NCBI GenBank assembly: GCA_040954595.2
Contig: CM082584.2
Location: 12,685,166 to 12,749,165 of the forward strand
Direction: 5' to 3'
Length of the DNA: 64,000 bases
Origin: Balanoglossus misakiensis
Lineage: Eukaryota > Animalia > Hemichordata
Shown here: positions 26,954 to 40,162 of the stretch, in pieces
Numbering within the stretch: the first letter of the stretch is position 1
Layout: the number at the start of each line of letters is the position of its first letter
Translations under genes and position numbers: made by a program
Notes under the pieces: generated by a model
Told to the model about the DNA's origin: nothing
What the model saw: the letters and a program-made list of their open reading frames with translations, nothing else
The model's database searches: none

Positions 26954-27220
26954 TGAGAATATATAAAGTGATTTGAAAACAATCTTTGGTTGTTGAAATA
27001 GTTATAACTTATATCGGAAATGGGAAGCTTATCATTTGCACGACGTTTCAAACAAATGGCATGAATTGCGATGTTTAAGTATTCGTGTGTTTTTTTGCGA
27101 TAAAAGCACATAATCGAAAAGGCGCAGGTTTTTACGTTTACTATTAACATGGAAATGGCAGCAATATGATGCGATCATGCCAGACTTGTTTCGAATCATT
27201 TTGAATGTCGTAATCCGAGC

Positions 27221-30200
27221 TCAAGGCAAGAACCATGGAAAGGCATCAGTCTTGTGTTTGACTTTCCCTCGCCGGTCTTTTCTTGCAGCTAGTTCTGAAT
27301 TTATCAAGTCATCAACGTTCTCTAATCCCAATAACTTCCTTAAATGAATATTTTCGGTCTTATACCTGTGAATGTGTAAGCAAAATTAGAAACGTTTTTG
27401 GGAAGTAAACTTGATCAAAAAGTGCTTTTGTGTATGAAGATGACGCCATTATTCGAATTCACGAATGGTAATAACCAAAGCAATAAATGTTACATTCAAG
27501 TACATTCCGTTATATTTTATGCGTATTCACGTGATTCTCGTCAAGTTATGGCCAACTGACTTTTCACACTTTTCTGACACTTAAATGTGCACGGTAGAGT
27601 AGAGATGAAACCAAGCACGGCACTGTATACCAAAAGAACCAACGATGCGGCAAAACACAAGTAACAAAACTGCAACCTCTCAAAATTGATAATTCACTCA
27701 CCTGTTAAGATACCTTTCAATGTATCGATGGCATTCCTCCAACTGTTCTTCAGCAATGTAACACCTGCTGAGTAACGTCGCTCTCTCAGCTTCCAATGAT
27801 TGCTGTGGATTATCAATTACACCACATTTTATGTGGGTCACTCTTCATCAAATCATTGAAAGAGCTGTGATTATCGAAGTCATTTGCGCAAAAAAAATAG
27901 AATGCGGACCAACTGGATCACAACTGGAAAATGTGCAAAGGATGAATGTTACACCAACAGTACAGAGAGTGGGAGGAGGAGGAGGAGGAGGAGGAGGAGG
28001 AGGAGGAGGAGGAGGAGGAGGAGGAGGAGGAGGAGGAGGAGGAGGAGGAGGAGGAGGAGGAGGAGGAGGAGGAGGGAGAGAGAGACACCCGTACCTGAGT
28101 GTTGAGGGTAAATTCTCGTAGTTGTATTCTCAGATCACTCCATCTTGATTCATCAGTCTTCTTGATGCTGAGATAAAACGAAAGAACGGACAGATAAGTA
28201 AATTGGGGAGGGGGATTAATAGCACAGAAATAGTCCCAAGTTATAATTCGGCGTCAGTAGCAACTTAGCAAAGACATACTAGACTACGGTGCACATGCAA
28301 CGAAATAGTGGGAAAATATAGGGAAAATTGCAAGGCTGAAGAGACCGTTCCGTTGAGTACTCAATCGTATGAGATCTCTTCTACTTTTGGGTTTCAAATT
28401 TACCTTTCCATTGGTGGCAGTGGCACCGTTGCCATGGCTCTAACTTTTTCCAGTTCTTCTTGAAGTCTGGAAATTTCTTTCCTGTTTGCAGATTCTAGTT
28501 CCGGTAACTGAAGTGACAAGTTGTATTCGTCTTGTCCAAGGTCAAGTCCAATGATTTGTCTGAATGTGACCTGTTCTCTTAAATACCTTCGGAAAAAATG
28601 AAGGGGGGATACAAAACATCTTATCAAGTTTCATTAAATTTAAAGCTCTATCTTATTGTAAATCCTGCGGGATATCTTAAGATCTCAACTTTAATTTCAT
28701 TACATTTACTGCATATGTGTACACGTATTATAGACGTACCCAGATCGAGCACAAGTACGTGACGATATATGGAAAAGACAACTTGAACAATCCAGTAGTC
28801 ATAGAAACTACCACGAAGAGCGCCATCTAGCGACAGATCTTTAAATCCTGGCATGAAACCACGGGTCCAAATTAAACACTGTTTTACAATATAAATATGA
28901 CATTATGAAGTATAATATAAACCTGTAAGCTACGAGTAATTCCTCATGTCTGGCGGCAACCTTTTGAGATTGACTCTTGTACATCACAGCTGCTCTGCTC
29001 AGCTGTTCTTCTCTTGTAGTAAATGCAGTCTTTAAATCCTGTAACCCCTGGTCAACTTGCTTTGCCATGAGACAGTTCACATCTTGCTGTGATGTGAGCT
29101 TCGATTCCACATATTTCTGGGGAAAGTGTAAAAAGTGATAAAGACCTGGCTTGCGTATTTTAACTGGTAGTTTTGTTGTGGATTGGCATTATATATTTTA
29201 TTTCAAGCTGGTAAACCATCGTAAAGTTGGTGGTGCACATAGTCAGTACTGTTTTTACAAACAAAAACCCAATTAGACCTGATCATTCACTACCATAACA
29301 TATGACACTCAGAAGATGTACTTACTGCGACGTCTGAAATATATTTGGAAAGTTTCGATCGATACTCTTCATTCAGTGATTTCAGTTTATACTGAAGACT
29401 GTCATTTTGCAAAGACAAGTCGTGGGATTTGTTGGTCAGCTGAACGAGTTTCTATAAATGTGGATGAGAGAGAGAAAAGGGCTGCATAACTGAGCATGGG
29501 TTCAAGCTACATCGATCGTGGACAAAATACGTCTAGATACTAGACTAACAAAAACTGGGCCATGGAAAAATGGGCCACCACATTGTAAAGATGGTCCAGG
29601 TACAAGTGGTCCAGGAAATGGAAAAAAAAATCATTTATACAGTCTTGATTAGTGTATAATTCCTAACATGTGGACTGCGAGTTGTGATGCTACATTGATG
29701 ACAGACACATCTATGACCTGACCAATGATTTTCTTTCTACATTTGTACTTACTGTACTTTGCTGAGCGATTCTAAGCTGACTAGTCTTGACTGCTTCTCT
29801 TGCTCTGTCTAGATCGTTTCTCAGTGTTTTCCTGCATCGTTATTGGTGCATTAAAATCCACGCACGTTTAAAATTTACCGACAAAAGATGACCACAAGCT
29901 TGTTAAGTTGACCCCTCTTACACAACTATTTGCTTCAAATGATCTCCTTACTGACGGTGCTCACGAGAAGATATGGGTTTACTTTGACAACTAAAACTTT
30001 TCCCCAATGTACATATCAACTTATAAAATGACGTTTAAGTCTTAAGGATATGGCAACATCACATTATTTTTTAGTCAGTGAGTTAAATGATCTTTGTAGA
30101 GGTGAAGGGTAAACATGTCACTGTGTAGTACCAAAGAAATATTAATTTAATATGTTCCGGCCCTTAACAGAACTTAATACATGGACATTTGATATACTTT

Positions 30201-33200
30201 ACTTCTCTATTGACCCGTTATACACAATGAACATATCATTTTACATCCAGGGACGTATTTAATAATCTGCCAATCAAATACGCAAGCATTTATTTTAAAA
30301 AATAACACCATGTGAAACGGAATTTTCCCCTTTATTATCCAAAGATACTGCAATCATAATATCAGCTCCAGGTCGACATCAGACCAAAACATACTGGTGA
30401 CGTACTGGTGATTATATCAATTGTGAATTCAATGTAGGACGAAAAGTGCTGTGTGTTTCCGGTAATCTGACCTGCTCTTTATAAAACAACGATCGGGCAC
30501 ATTGAGATAACAACGTATTATTTTTGCATTAGTGACATACCCATACTTACACAAGGCTTTCTAGTTCCCTTTGCTCTATGACGTAATCAGACCTCATTTT
30601 TTGCAACTCCTTGTCGAATTGATAAGTGGTTCCAAAGAGCTGAAAGGTACATTTGTCAGTTCATTTTTTTTTGCGGATAGACAATAATACAGATCATGTT
30701 TAAAGGGAGAAATTGATAAGAGTATCGCACTGAATAAATAAAGAATATAGACAACTGAAAAGCTTGATGCAGACATTGGTATAGAATAATCGATACTCAC
30801 CCGTTTCTCAATTTCCAATTTTTCCTGTTCAGCACTGTGAGCGGTCTCCACCTTCATGTGATAAATGCAATACACGTATCAGACGTAATTCTATCATAAT
30901 TTGTTGTTGTTGTTAAATCAATTTTTACAAATGAGAACCTACTTATAACCAAAATTAATATTACCCAATGTCATTACATATACATATATATATTCACAAA
31001 CCCTATACCTTACCTCCACTTCACTTTCCCGCAAGACTCTCATGTACATATTCTTGAGTTTCTTTTGACTCTCCATCAATTCCTGTTTCTCAAACTTTAG
31101 ACGAGCGACTCTATCCTTCAGTTCTTGCAGGTTCTTCTGCACTTGATCTGTCTCCGTGCTTGACTGCATAATCTCATTTTCCAAAACCAAACACTATGTA
31201 AGGAGGAAGACACAAACATATAGGCAAGTAAAATGACTGAAACAGTTGTTGAATGAGTGATACTTGTAATACCGGTACCATTTTCCGAACACCGTGAGAC
31301 TTTGAGAGATTTAGTGTGGCTAGCAGTTGATATACAAGATTGAGACTATCTCATGTGACATAGGACAAACACAGATTATTAGAACATATTGCATACCCGG
31401 TTGGTCAACTCGAATTTGGTGTTTTCAGCCTCTTCCGTCAGACGGGTATTTGCAATCTTGGTTTCCACTAGATCTTTGGAGAGCTGTTAACAAGATGTGA
31501 AAACATTTGTGTGAATTGTCAGTGAAATTGGTGTAGCACAAGATATGGATAGTGGAGGGAAATATGGTCCACCTTTCAAATAAAGATCCTAGATCACAAT
31601 ACGAAGTCAATATCTATTGATAACTATACCCTGTTACTTACAGCAAGTTTCTCCTCCTCAGCAGTGACTAACTTCGATGACAAGTCCGTTTCTCTTTCAG
31701 CCATTACTTTTAACTTGTCTTGTAGTGACTTCACATTCAGTGGCACTTTTTCTCTTCCCTTCTATTCTCAAGAAATAGACATAGTAGATAGGCAATACGT
31801 TAATGATCATTTGTATAAATTAAAATGCTTACATCTATAACAGCATTATGCTACCTTAGATATGAACCAAAATATTTACCGTTTGAACCTTCTGTGTCCC
31901 GGCTGCTCCAGAGTCTGTCATTTCTCTTAAAGATGTTGCTAAACGTTTATTTTGTTCCCTGAGGGCGTCAATTCTAGACTTATATTTTGTTAGCAGAATC
32001 TGTAATATAAAATGAATAAGTGTAAAGGAATCACAAAAGAGTTGAGGTGGTGTGTGTGACTTACATGTACGTCCCTGTGGTTATAAAAGGTCAAAGGAAA
32101 ATCATTTCATGATGTTTGTTATATGCAAACATGGCAAGTGAATGCTGTGTCGATATTATCTTTCATATACATGTCTTGATTTCAAAAGACATGTACATGT
32201 ACAAACAATATCATTTACCTCCGCAAATGTTGAGTTGATAATTGGATAGTTCTTCACATTTGACATGACTTTGGCAACACTGAGCATGGTTCCTATTGAT
32301 TCCTGAGACTGCTGTGGCTTGAAATGTATGAGAGTAGACGTGCAACAGTTGCCGCCCAAGACAGTGGGAAGAAGGTTGACGAACTGTGATATACTGAAAT
32401 AAAAGTGAAGAGAAAGAGAACTTAAGAGTTGCAATAGCTGTATAATTGGCTGAGGACACCACAAATTTACTCGCAATACACAATTTTACATTATTTACAG
32501 TTTCAGTTGTTTTAATCTGCGAAGTTGTTGAATATGAAAAAGACAACGGTGTACTATATCTATTGGTTAATGTTTACTGACAGTACGGGTCATGTTATCT
32601 TCTGTGTACATATAGGTTCATCGTGGCGGCAAATCGGCAATGTTTTGGATTGCAGCCAAAACCACACCTGTAAACTCAAACAGTGTAAAAAGGTACATCC
32701 GCAAGGTGCGGTGATCACGAATATTATCAGTTCAAATAGAACTGCTGCACTGTGTTTGTTTCCAACTCTGGCGCGAAATGAACACAAAATTCATCATGAT
32801 TTTAATTAAACAATTCAGGCTACAATAATGAATATCATGAGAGACATAACGAAAATAAACCACAGATACATCATTTAATGCAGTAGACATATCAGGAAGT
32901 ATGATGTTATGGAATTTTACCGGGGCATGTGGTAACATGTTTGAACTCTGACCGTCAAAATATTCATGTTAAAAGATTCTCTGACATCTTTCCAATTTTC
33001 AATAACAAGGGTCGATTTACAAAGTTTACTTTTGAAAACATAACTCAGTAGCCTCTTAAAATCTCTGGCGGTTTTGGAGCAGCTATCAACTAGGTCTACG
33101 CGTGGCCTTGGCTTCAGGGTTCCGTTGGATTGTAGAGATGATATCGATATCCCAGCCAACGGTTACTAGCACTAGCTGACACAGAACAGAAACATTGAGA

Positions 33201-36200
33201 ATTGTTGTTGGAGATCATCCTCTAGACCTCCTGTTGATTTTAAGGGTGCAAAACTAATCAATGCACATCATTTTCAGTGAATTGGTAAATTTCCATCAAC
33301 TTGGAAATTTTCTGTTTGCATTTTCGAGTTTTTGTACATACCACACAGCTGACAGTAAAGCTACAACAACATATTTTATGATATTTGCATTAATAACCAT
33401 GTGACATACATTTACATCCTGTATCATATAAGTGGGTTTCATATATACAAATGAGCCAAACTCATCTCAGCCCTATATGTTGATACTTTGTTCAGCCAAT
33501 GAGATCAGAGCTTAGCTCGGCATCCTGTCACTCCTGTGATGTCATATGCATCGCATTACACCAGGGCAGTGGCGTTGTATTAGCCAGTCAACAACACATC
33601 AACATGTGATTACACCAGTTGGAAAGTCTTTCATCTCACAGTCCAGATTTAAGGTTGGTTTAAATATGACTGCGCTACTTTACATTTTATCAACAGTGTG
33701 TGGGTTTCCATGTCTAATTGTCACCCACTTTGCGAACTGTATGATCAAAGTTGGGCAATCGATGGAGCTGGAGGATACACACACAACCATCAGATCATTT
33801 TATATGGTGAACCAGACGTATCAGATTTCCCAGACAGCTGTTCCACGGAGCGACAAATGATGAACTTTCAGTAAACAACATTGTCTTTTCAAAGGCTTTA
33901 TACAGTGGTGGTTCTTCAGTATGTAAGCAGATTTGTTGCATTTGGAAGTGATGACGAAATTGTTTGAAGTCGTATGAGACCATGTGGTACAAAAACTATT
34001 TTACGAACATTTTAGAAGATCAACCATGGGTAAACAACTCAACACGCAGGGGCCTGGACTCGCTCAAAAAAAAAAATTAAGTAGGCAGCTCGAGGTTTAC
34101 GCCTTCATTGAAAGTTCAACAGTCGCATCCAATGTCAGAGAAAAAGGATGGGTATGGCGTTATAACCACCATTTTGAAAAAAGTTTTTGACTTGTTTTCG
34201 TTTTGAAAACTATTGAATGTCAATGGGATGTATATAATAATTGAGCTACTGTGTTTGGCAATGGACTGTGGTTTGCTCCAAATACACACACAAAATTGGT
34301 TAGCTTGAACTTAAAGTTTGATTAGCTGCGGAGCATTTGCTGTGGAAAATACTTCTAAAAACACAATTCATCCAAACGCATGCAGGAAGGCATAAACATA
34401 GAATTTCATGAATGTGGCCCCATTGGCCTAGATACGGAATCAACAACACGCCTTTTGACTTTTTTGAGTGAGAGACAAACACTTGCAATAATGAAAGCAA
34501 TACTGTGTTAACATGAGGTGAAGTTATGTTTGTATTAAACAAGATTTACAGCCGGGAAAGTTGTTTTCCTGATATCGTCACAAGATAAGCAGCCTATTAA
34601 AAAAGTGCTGTGGTGATAAGTCATAGCCTTGATCACACGGAAGGTTGGTGTCCAGCAATATGTCCTGATAATAGTAAAACTAAAGTTTGCAGTGTGACCT
34701 ACCGCCACTTTTGAACTTTGTAGCTCTACTATTTCAGTTGGGGGGCAACTTTTCAAGACAAAAACCAACTTTTCAAAGGGGACAAAATAGATAACTTTTG
34801 ACATTATTTTAGTTATTTAAGTATAGATAGATTATTTATGTCATAGGGTCAATCCTGGGCCAGTTGGTCACAGCTCAACTCAAAGCCAAACTCAAAATGG
34901 GCATGTTAAAACTACACACGTGCATATGCACTTATCACAGTATAAGATCAATGAATCACACACACACACCTCATTCACCCCGTGTTGCAATTTACATCTC
35001 TGGCATAGTTGTGCGTATGTGCAAGCATGGAGTCTCAGGAACGCACAAGTAACCAAACAATAAAATGCGTTGGCTGTACATATCAATGAATGTCTTTTAA
35101 ACATTAGCAATGAATCAATATGCTTATAGATTAGTTGCCACCCTTTATCCACTGCATAGCTACGAATGGATTAAAAGGCATAATGTATATCAGTAATATG
35201 TTTATACGGTTTTGTAAGTTGAGTAGACTTCCTTTATTAACATTAATACATGACTGTCTAATATGTGTACCTTTTGTGTTCATTTACAGAATAAAGCAGT
35301 GAATAAGTTGGAGCTGTAAAGAGAAGTCCAGTCTTATGTGACTACTCTTTTCTGGTGGAAAATTATTTAAAATCTCTTCAGTTGCAGTTATTCATCATTG
35401 GGTAAAATGGGATCAAAAGAAGTGGGTAAGAGTTTGTTTAGAATTTCTGGAGACAACTATACTTTGTATGATGTGTTGCTTCACCATTATCTCTCTCAAT
35501 ATATAACATCTTCTTCGGCTGGGGAGTTTGTAACAGTGAATGGTTATCTTCAACTTACATCAAAAAGTATTATTTGTAATTCAGATGTTGCAGCGTCCCC
35601 CCATCAGTTACCTGTTGAGACAGTTGTGGTGATGCAGAAGAATAATTCTACGGTATGTATAAAATGTTTAATATATCCCCAGTAGATCCTCAACCATTAA
35701 CTTTAGGCTGAATGTGGTTGTATGTGGTAGATCTGAGAATTCAAAGTAATCAAAACCATTGAAAATCTGTTATGAATCAACATTTAGTCTCTTCTTTCAT
35801 ATTCATAAGCTCAGCATGAGTTTGCGGCCATTAATTTTATCAGTCATTGTCCTCATCCTGACCTTTGCATAATGTTCCGCTAATTTTTAACACAGGTTTC
35901 CAATGGTGTAAACCCTGAGTGCCATGTGGTTGTTGAGACAGCTGCTTCTCCATTGATGACAGCAGCTCCAACACAACAAATTGAGGTGAGTTTACATAGA
36001 AGTGACACTGTATCTGTTAGAACAGACCTCTTAAACATGTCAGTCACATTACCAATAGTAGTACACTATACAAGCTTACTATTTTTTCCAGAGTAATGGG
36101 GTACTGGAAACAGAGTTTGTGGAAGAATTTTATGTAAAACGGCCTGCAGAAGACTGGTGTCTCAACTCTGTAGCAGCAATTCTATGTTTCTTTCCTATTG

Positions 36201-39200
36201 GTCTCTTTGCCTTGTACTTTTCAATTCAGGTAAGCAGTGTGTTTTTGTTGTTTTCATCTTAAAGATTTGTATTGGTACATGTAAATGTAGATGACTGGTG
36301 GTAGTGTCATATGAAGTAGGGAGAGCTAACTCTTTTCGAAACATCAGACACCTTGAAACTTGAACTACGGATTCCATTCATCAGCAAATAATCACTATGA
36401 TGGTTGGAAAGCTGACACAGATCTCACTACATACTTCTTTCCTCCCATGCAGACCCGCCAAGCAAACAGGGATGGGGACCGAAACACAGCCAAAAAGTGG
36501 TCAAGGTGGGCACATCTTACTGGTATTGCTGGAGGCCTTGCTGGGATCTTTATAATGGCAACCGTATTAGTTCTTAAATATAAATATGACTACATATAAA
36601 GTTAAGTGTCTCAGTGATGAGCAATTGCACCGTGTTCCATGAAACACATGTTGGGTCTTTGAATCAGACTGAGAAATCGTGAAAAATTTTCAGCGGGCAT
36701 GGCTTCTCTTGTGAAATGAAATGTTTTTCTTTTCACAATGCAGTTTTTATCATGTAATATATGCTGGTGTACGTGTTACAACCCTTTCAACTTCTGAAAT
36801 AGGTTGGTACTGGACTTTTGAGATATATTTTTTGAAAATGTAAGCAAAAGGGTTTATAGGAAGATTATACTGCTGCAGCTGGCACTGTTTTTGAACGTGA
36901 CTTTTCTGATATGGTCATAGTAGAGCACTAACATGACTAGTCTAGTATTTGTAGGGTTTCGATGGGAGCCACTTATGTACAAACTAAAGTACAGTAAAAG
37001 TTTGTTCAGTGGAAACTTGTCTATATGGCTACGTACTTTACCATTAACATTTGCATAATAATTTATCTGACGGTTTAGGAAAGTCCCTTGACTGGCCACT
37101 ATAGACAGGTTTGACTGACAGTATATTACATTGTGTGTACTACAGTATTTTATAGTATGGAAGAAATTGCCTTAATATGGTGGCATTGAACAAAAACTGG
37201 GCATAAATACTCTTAGAAATTAGCACACATATATATACTTCCGGAAATTCAATAAAATGTTTTTTTTTTCTAACTAATGACAAATGAGGCAAGATATTTT
37301 GGGTCTTCTGTTTACCTTTCAGGCATTTTCCGGTGTGTGTGGGTGTATGTATACATATACATGTATTTGTTGGTGGTTGGGTAGGGGCAAGCTGGTCTTT
37401 TTTTGTGTATAACTTAGTGAATTTCTTACCCATAGTTGGTCTTGTCCTGCCGTGCATCCTGGGAAGTGAGTTCAAGCGCTGACAGAATGGAATCGCTGAG
37501 TGTTTCCGTGGTAACAGTGTGATCAATGTGGTCGAGACAAATCTCAACAACTGCAAATAATGATTTCGTTGAAAGCAAGACATTGTCATGTATCTGAAAT
37601 GAAAATATAGGGAGAAAAAATTTAAAATGTTGAGCTTGATAGACCTGTATAGGGATTTAAATACCTTATGCCCAATCCCCAAATTGACAGAAAGTGGGCA
37701 ATTCTCAGAACTAATGTGGAAAACTTACTGATTCTAACTCAAGTAGGCTGACAGACGCAGCTTTGTTGAGGCCATTGAATCTTCTGTTAGACGTGGTTTG
37801 GTTGAGCATAGCAACAGTACCTTCAGATGTCTTTATTGGTAATCTTCTGACTTGCTAAATAATGTGGAGGGAAAAAATGAAAACATCTCTTTAACAATTT
37901 TTTGTTGAGCCACTCTTTGGTAGATCAAATATCCTGGTGATTCACAGATATTAATCAGGGAATCATGTACATGGAAAAATGTAAGGCATCATGAACTCAT
38001 AATAGTGAAAGATTCAATGTTTTGAGGTTTGAACTTTTTATGAAGATATGTTGGCCAACTGCACACAAGTAAGTTGATAAAGAAAACTTTGGTGAAATTG
38101 ATGTTGTATATTGCATTTAATCTTTGCCAAGCAGCAGAGAAAGTGGAACTAATAGCCAAGTTATTTGACAAGACTATAAAACAATACAATGCAATACAAT
38201 ACATTACACTACAGTGATAGCTAAGAAGGGAAATCACACTTAAGTTACATATGCCCATATATGGTGAAAGGGTTGTGTCTAAGTCTTCCAATACAGTTGG
38301 TGGTGCACTGTGATTGGCCAGATCTCAACCTTCCCTGGTAACTGTGGATAAAGTTTCATTGGTGACCATAACTGGATGAACAGCAGATTTTGGAATACAG
38401 ATGATACTTACTGACAAGTCTTGCTTTGGCTTCCCACTTTTGTTACCATCTCTGATCTCCAGCAAGTCATTCACCTGATGTTTGTAAAGCTCATACATCT
38501 CCAGTGTTACCAGTGGTTTGATATTTTTATTTTTACCTTAATGGATGAAAATGATTGAGAATGATTAATGGTCATTTGAGGACCAAATTGGATCTCGCTC
38601 GGCTGTGAGATTTTCAGCTTTGCTTAATATGTTTTGCCCAAAAGAGTAGCAATACGAAACACTGCCCTCTACCAAAATTTATGAAAGAAAGCATGCACAG
38701 GTATTCATGACTATAAGTTATAAGTATAACTTACTTTGTCTGTCAAGTTTGATAAACAAGTCCTTAAAAATCACGGAAAAGAGAGCTTTATCCTCGTCAA
38801 TGTCTTCACTTAAGGTTTGGTAATTTTGGGAAGGGTCTGATCCCTTCCAACACAGGAAACAGCAGTTGAAACCTTGCAAGAAATCGTTCAGTAGAGGTTC
38901 TAATAGCTTGTCATATATATGCCTGGTGTTGTCACTTTCCCTGAAAATCTGCCGAAACCTAAGGGTGGAAAATGACCGTGGTTCAGGAGAAGCAAATATG
39001 AGGATCACAAATACTGAATTGATTTACTCGTACTGCTAGGAAAGTGGTGTGATGGCCCAACAAACAGCAACAACTGCGAATGGAACTTAGGCCTATGAAA
39101 TGTACTTGTTGCTAACGATCTCCATGAAATATACTAGGATGAAATCTGCCCCGATTTCGCCCGCGTTGACTCACTACACAGTATCAAAATCTCAAATGTC

Positions 39201-39510
39201 AACATCAGGCAAAGATCATGATTTGTGGAATCATTACGATATCGTCAAACTTGCGTATCGTTCACTATCGTCTATCTTATCCATGATGCATGAGGCTTAC
39301 ATTAATTTTTGGAGACGACAGAGGATGTAAGATCGCCTCAACCCAAGACAACAGAACGAATAAAGACAACAAATATTGGTTTTGGTCACAGTCTTGAACT
39401 TACTCATAGCTCCTTGTTCCATCTTTGGTACAAAGTGTCGCCTGACCAACTTGGCGCAATGCAGGAATATCTCCCGGAGCTCGAAATCTTGCTGTTATTT
39501 CAACATCCAT
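27221..39510 (-). CDS. CCDC78: CCDC78-like coiled-coil protein with an N-terminal degenerate kinesin motor domain, ~822 aa, 19 coding exons
   Basis: Exons: 39510-39404, 38958-38735, 38536-38412, 37854-37729, 37593-37430, 32393-32219, 31999-31880, 31761-31642, 31483-31397, 31193-31014, 30851-30801, 30639-30551, 29831-29753, 29451-29326, 29116-28923, 28586-28404, 28167-28095, 27802-27702, 27365-27221. All are GT-AG, in phase and stop-free (2469 nt). CCDC78 motifs: EEEKLALSKDLVE, REEQLSRAA...RHEELLVAYR, LEAERATLLSRC.IAEEQLEEC..YIERYLNRYK. Kinesin-like motifs occupy the first ~307 aa. Confidence 0.85.
27972..28073. repeat. (GGA)34 trinucleotide microsatellite, intronic in the CCDC78-like gene
   Basis: 102 nt of uninterrupted GGA, lying between exons 28167-28095 and 27802-27702. 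Confidence 0.97.
35407..36599 (+). CDS. CD225/dispanin-family membrane protein (PRRT1/TRARG1-like), ~153 aa, nested antisense in an intron of the CCDC78-like gene
   Basis: Exons 35407-35425, 35585-35652, 35896-35985, 36092-36229, 36453-36599. The peptide RPAEDWCLNSVAAILCFFPIGLFALYFSIQTRQANRDGDRNTAKKWSRWAHLTGIAGGLAGIFIMATVLVL follows the CD225 pattern (P.D....S....LC..P.G..A..FS........GD...A...S..A followed by a TM helix). Confidence 0.85.
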
Positions 39511-40162
39511 TGCAGATGGCCTTCACAAGATTGCAGCAGACGATATCGACGTTTGACTCCCTAAGCAAGTTATAAAAAAATATTTGAAGTCTCGAAAATC
39601 CTGAACTTTTTTTCCGTATTTTGGCCAAGGCAACCATAGATTATTCTCTTAAAATCGAGAATAACAATTTAGGGTCACCGTGTAAAATGTTTAAATAGGG
39701 AGCAACATTTTTCTCAAATAAGATATTTAAAAAAACGACGATCTCCACAGTGACGATTGTATCTAATATAAGAACAGGACGGTGCACACCCAGTTTTCTT
39801 AGGGGGGCTGTCATTGGCCAAAGTTTCAAGCATTCTGATTGGTGAAAAGTTTTACCGCACCACAGGAGGAAGATCTACTTGTCATGTTTCTAAGACATGG
39901 TTTGTATATCTCATAAAATATACGCAGTTTACTTTAATATGACTTTGTACAACTTCTACCCAGGCCATACCCCGGGAAATCTAACGCGCAATGCACTCCC
40001 TGCACGGCGAGCGCCCTCGAGCGACGGGTCTTCCAGTTGAATTTTCTTCAGGTCATGACCCGACAACATGGTGGGTGGTGTCGATGGATACTGCAGCATC
40101 GCACGAATATAGCGTGTTTATAACGATCGCCGGCATTATATTGTAAGTTTTGATATCGCATA
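39511..40162. promoter_or_regulatory. Putative bidirectional promoter between the CCDC78-like gene and TRAPPC10
   Basis: Divergent start codons 652 bp apart, CpG-rich segment 39960-40140, and CCAAT boxes (ATTGG) near 39813 and 39838. Confidence 0.55.

Noticed and set aside
27831-28121. Poly-Gly and poly-Arg ORFs on the + strand
   Set aside because: They are translations of the intronic (GGA)34 microsatellite. The real gene is on the - strand and splices around it.
32917-33159. 80-aa minus-strand ORF ending at a GT, considered as an extra pseudomotor exon
   Set aside because: Exons 37593-37430 and 32393-32219 already join in phase with a continuous kinesin alignment (KTNYG|ISQFVNLL), and this ORF has no recognisable motif.
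33990-34860. Possible transposon remnants here and at 39590-39780 and 49665-49785
   Set aside because: The texture is repeat-like, but I could not define termini or a second copy within the window, so a repeat library is needed.
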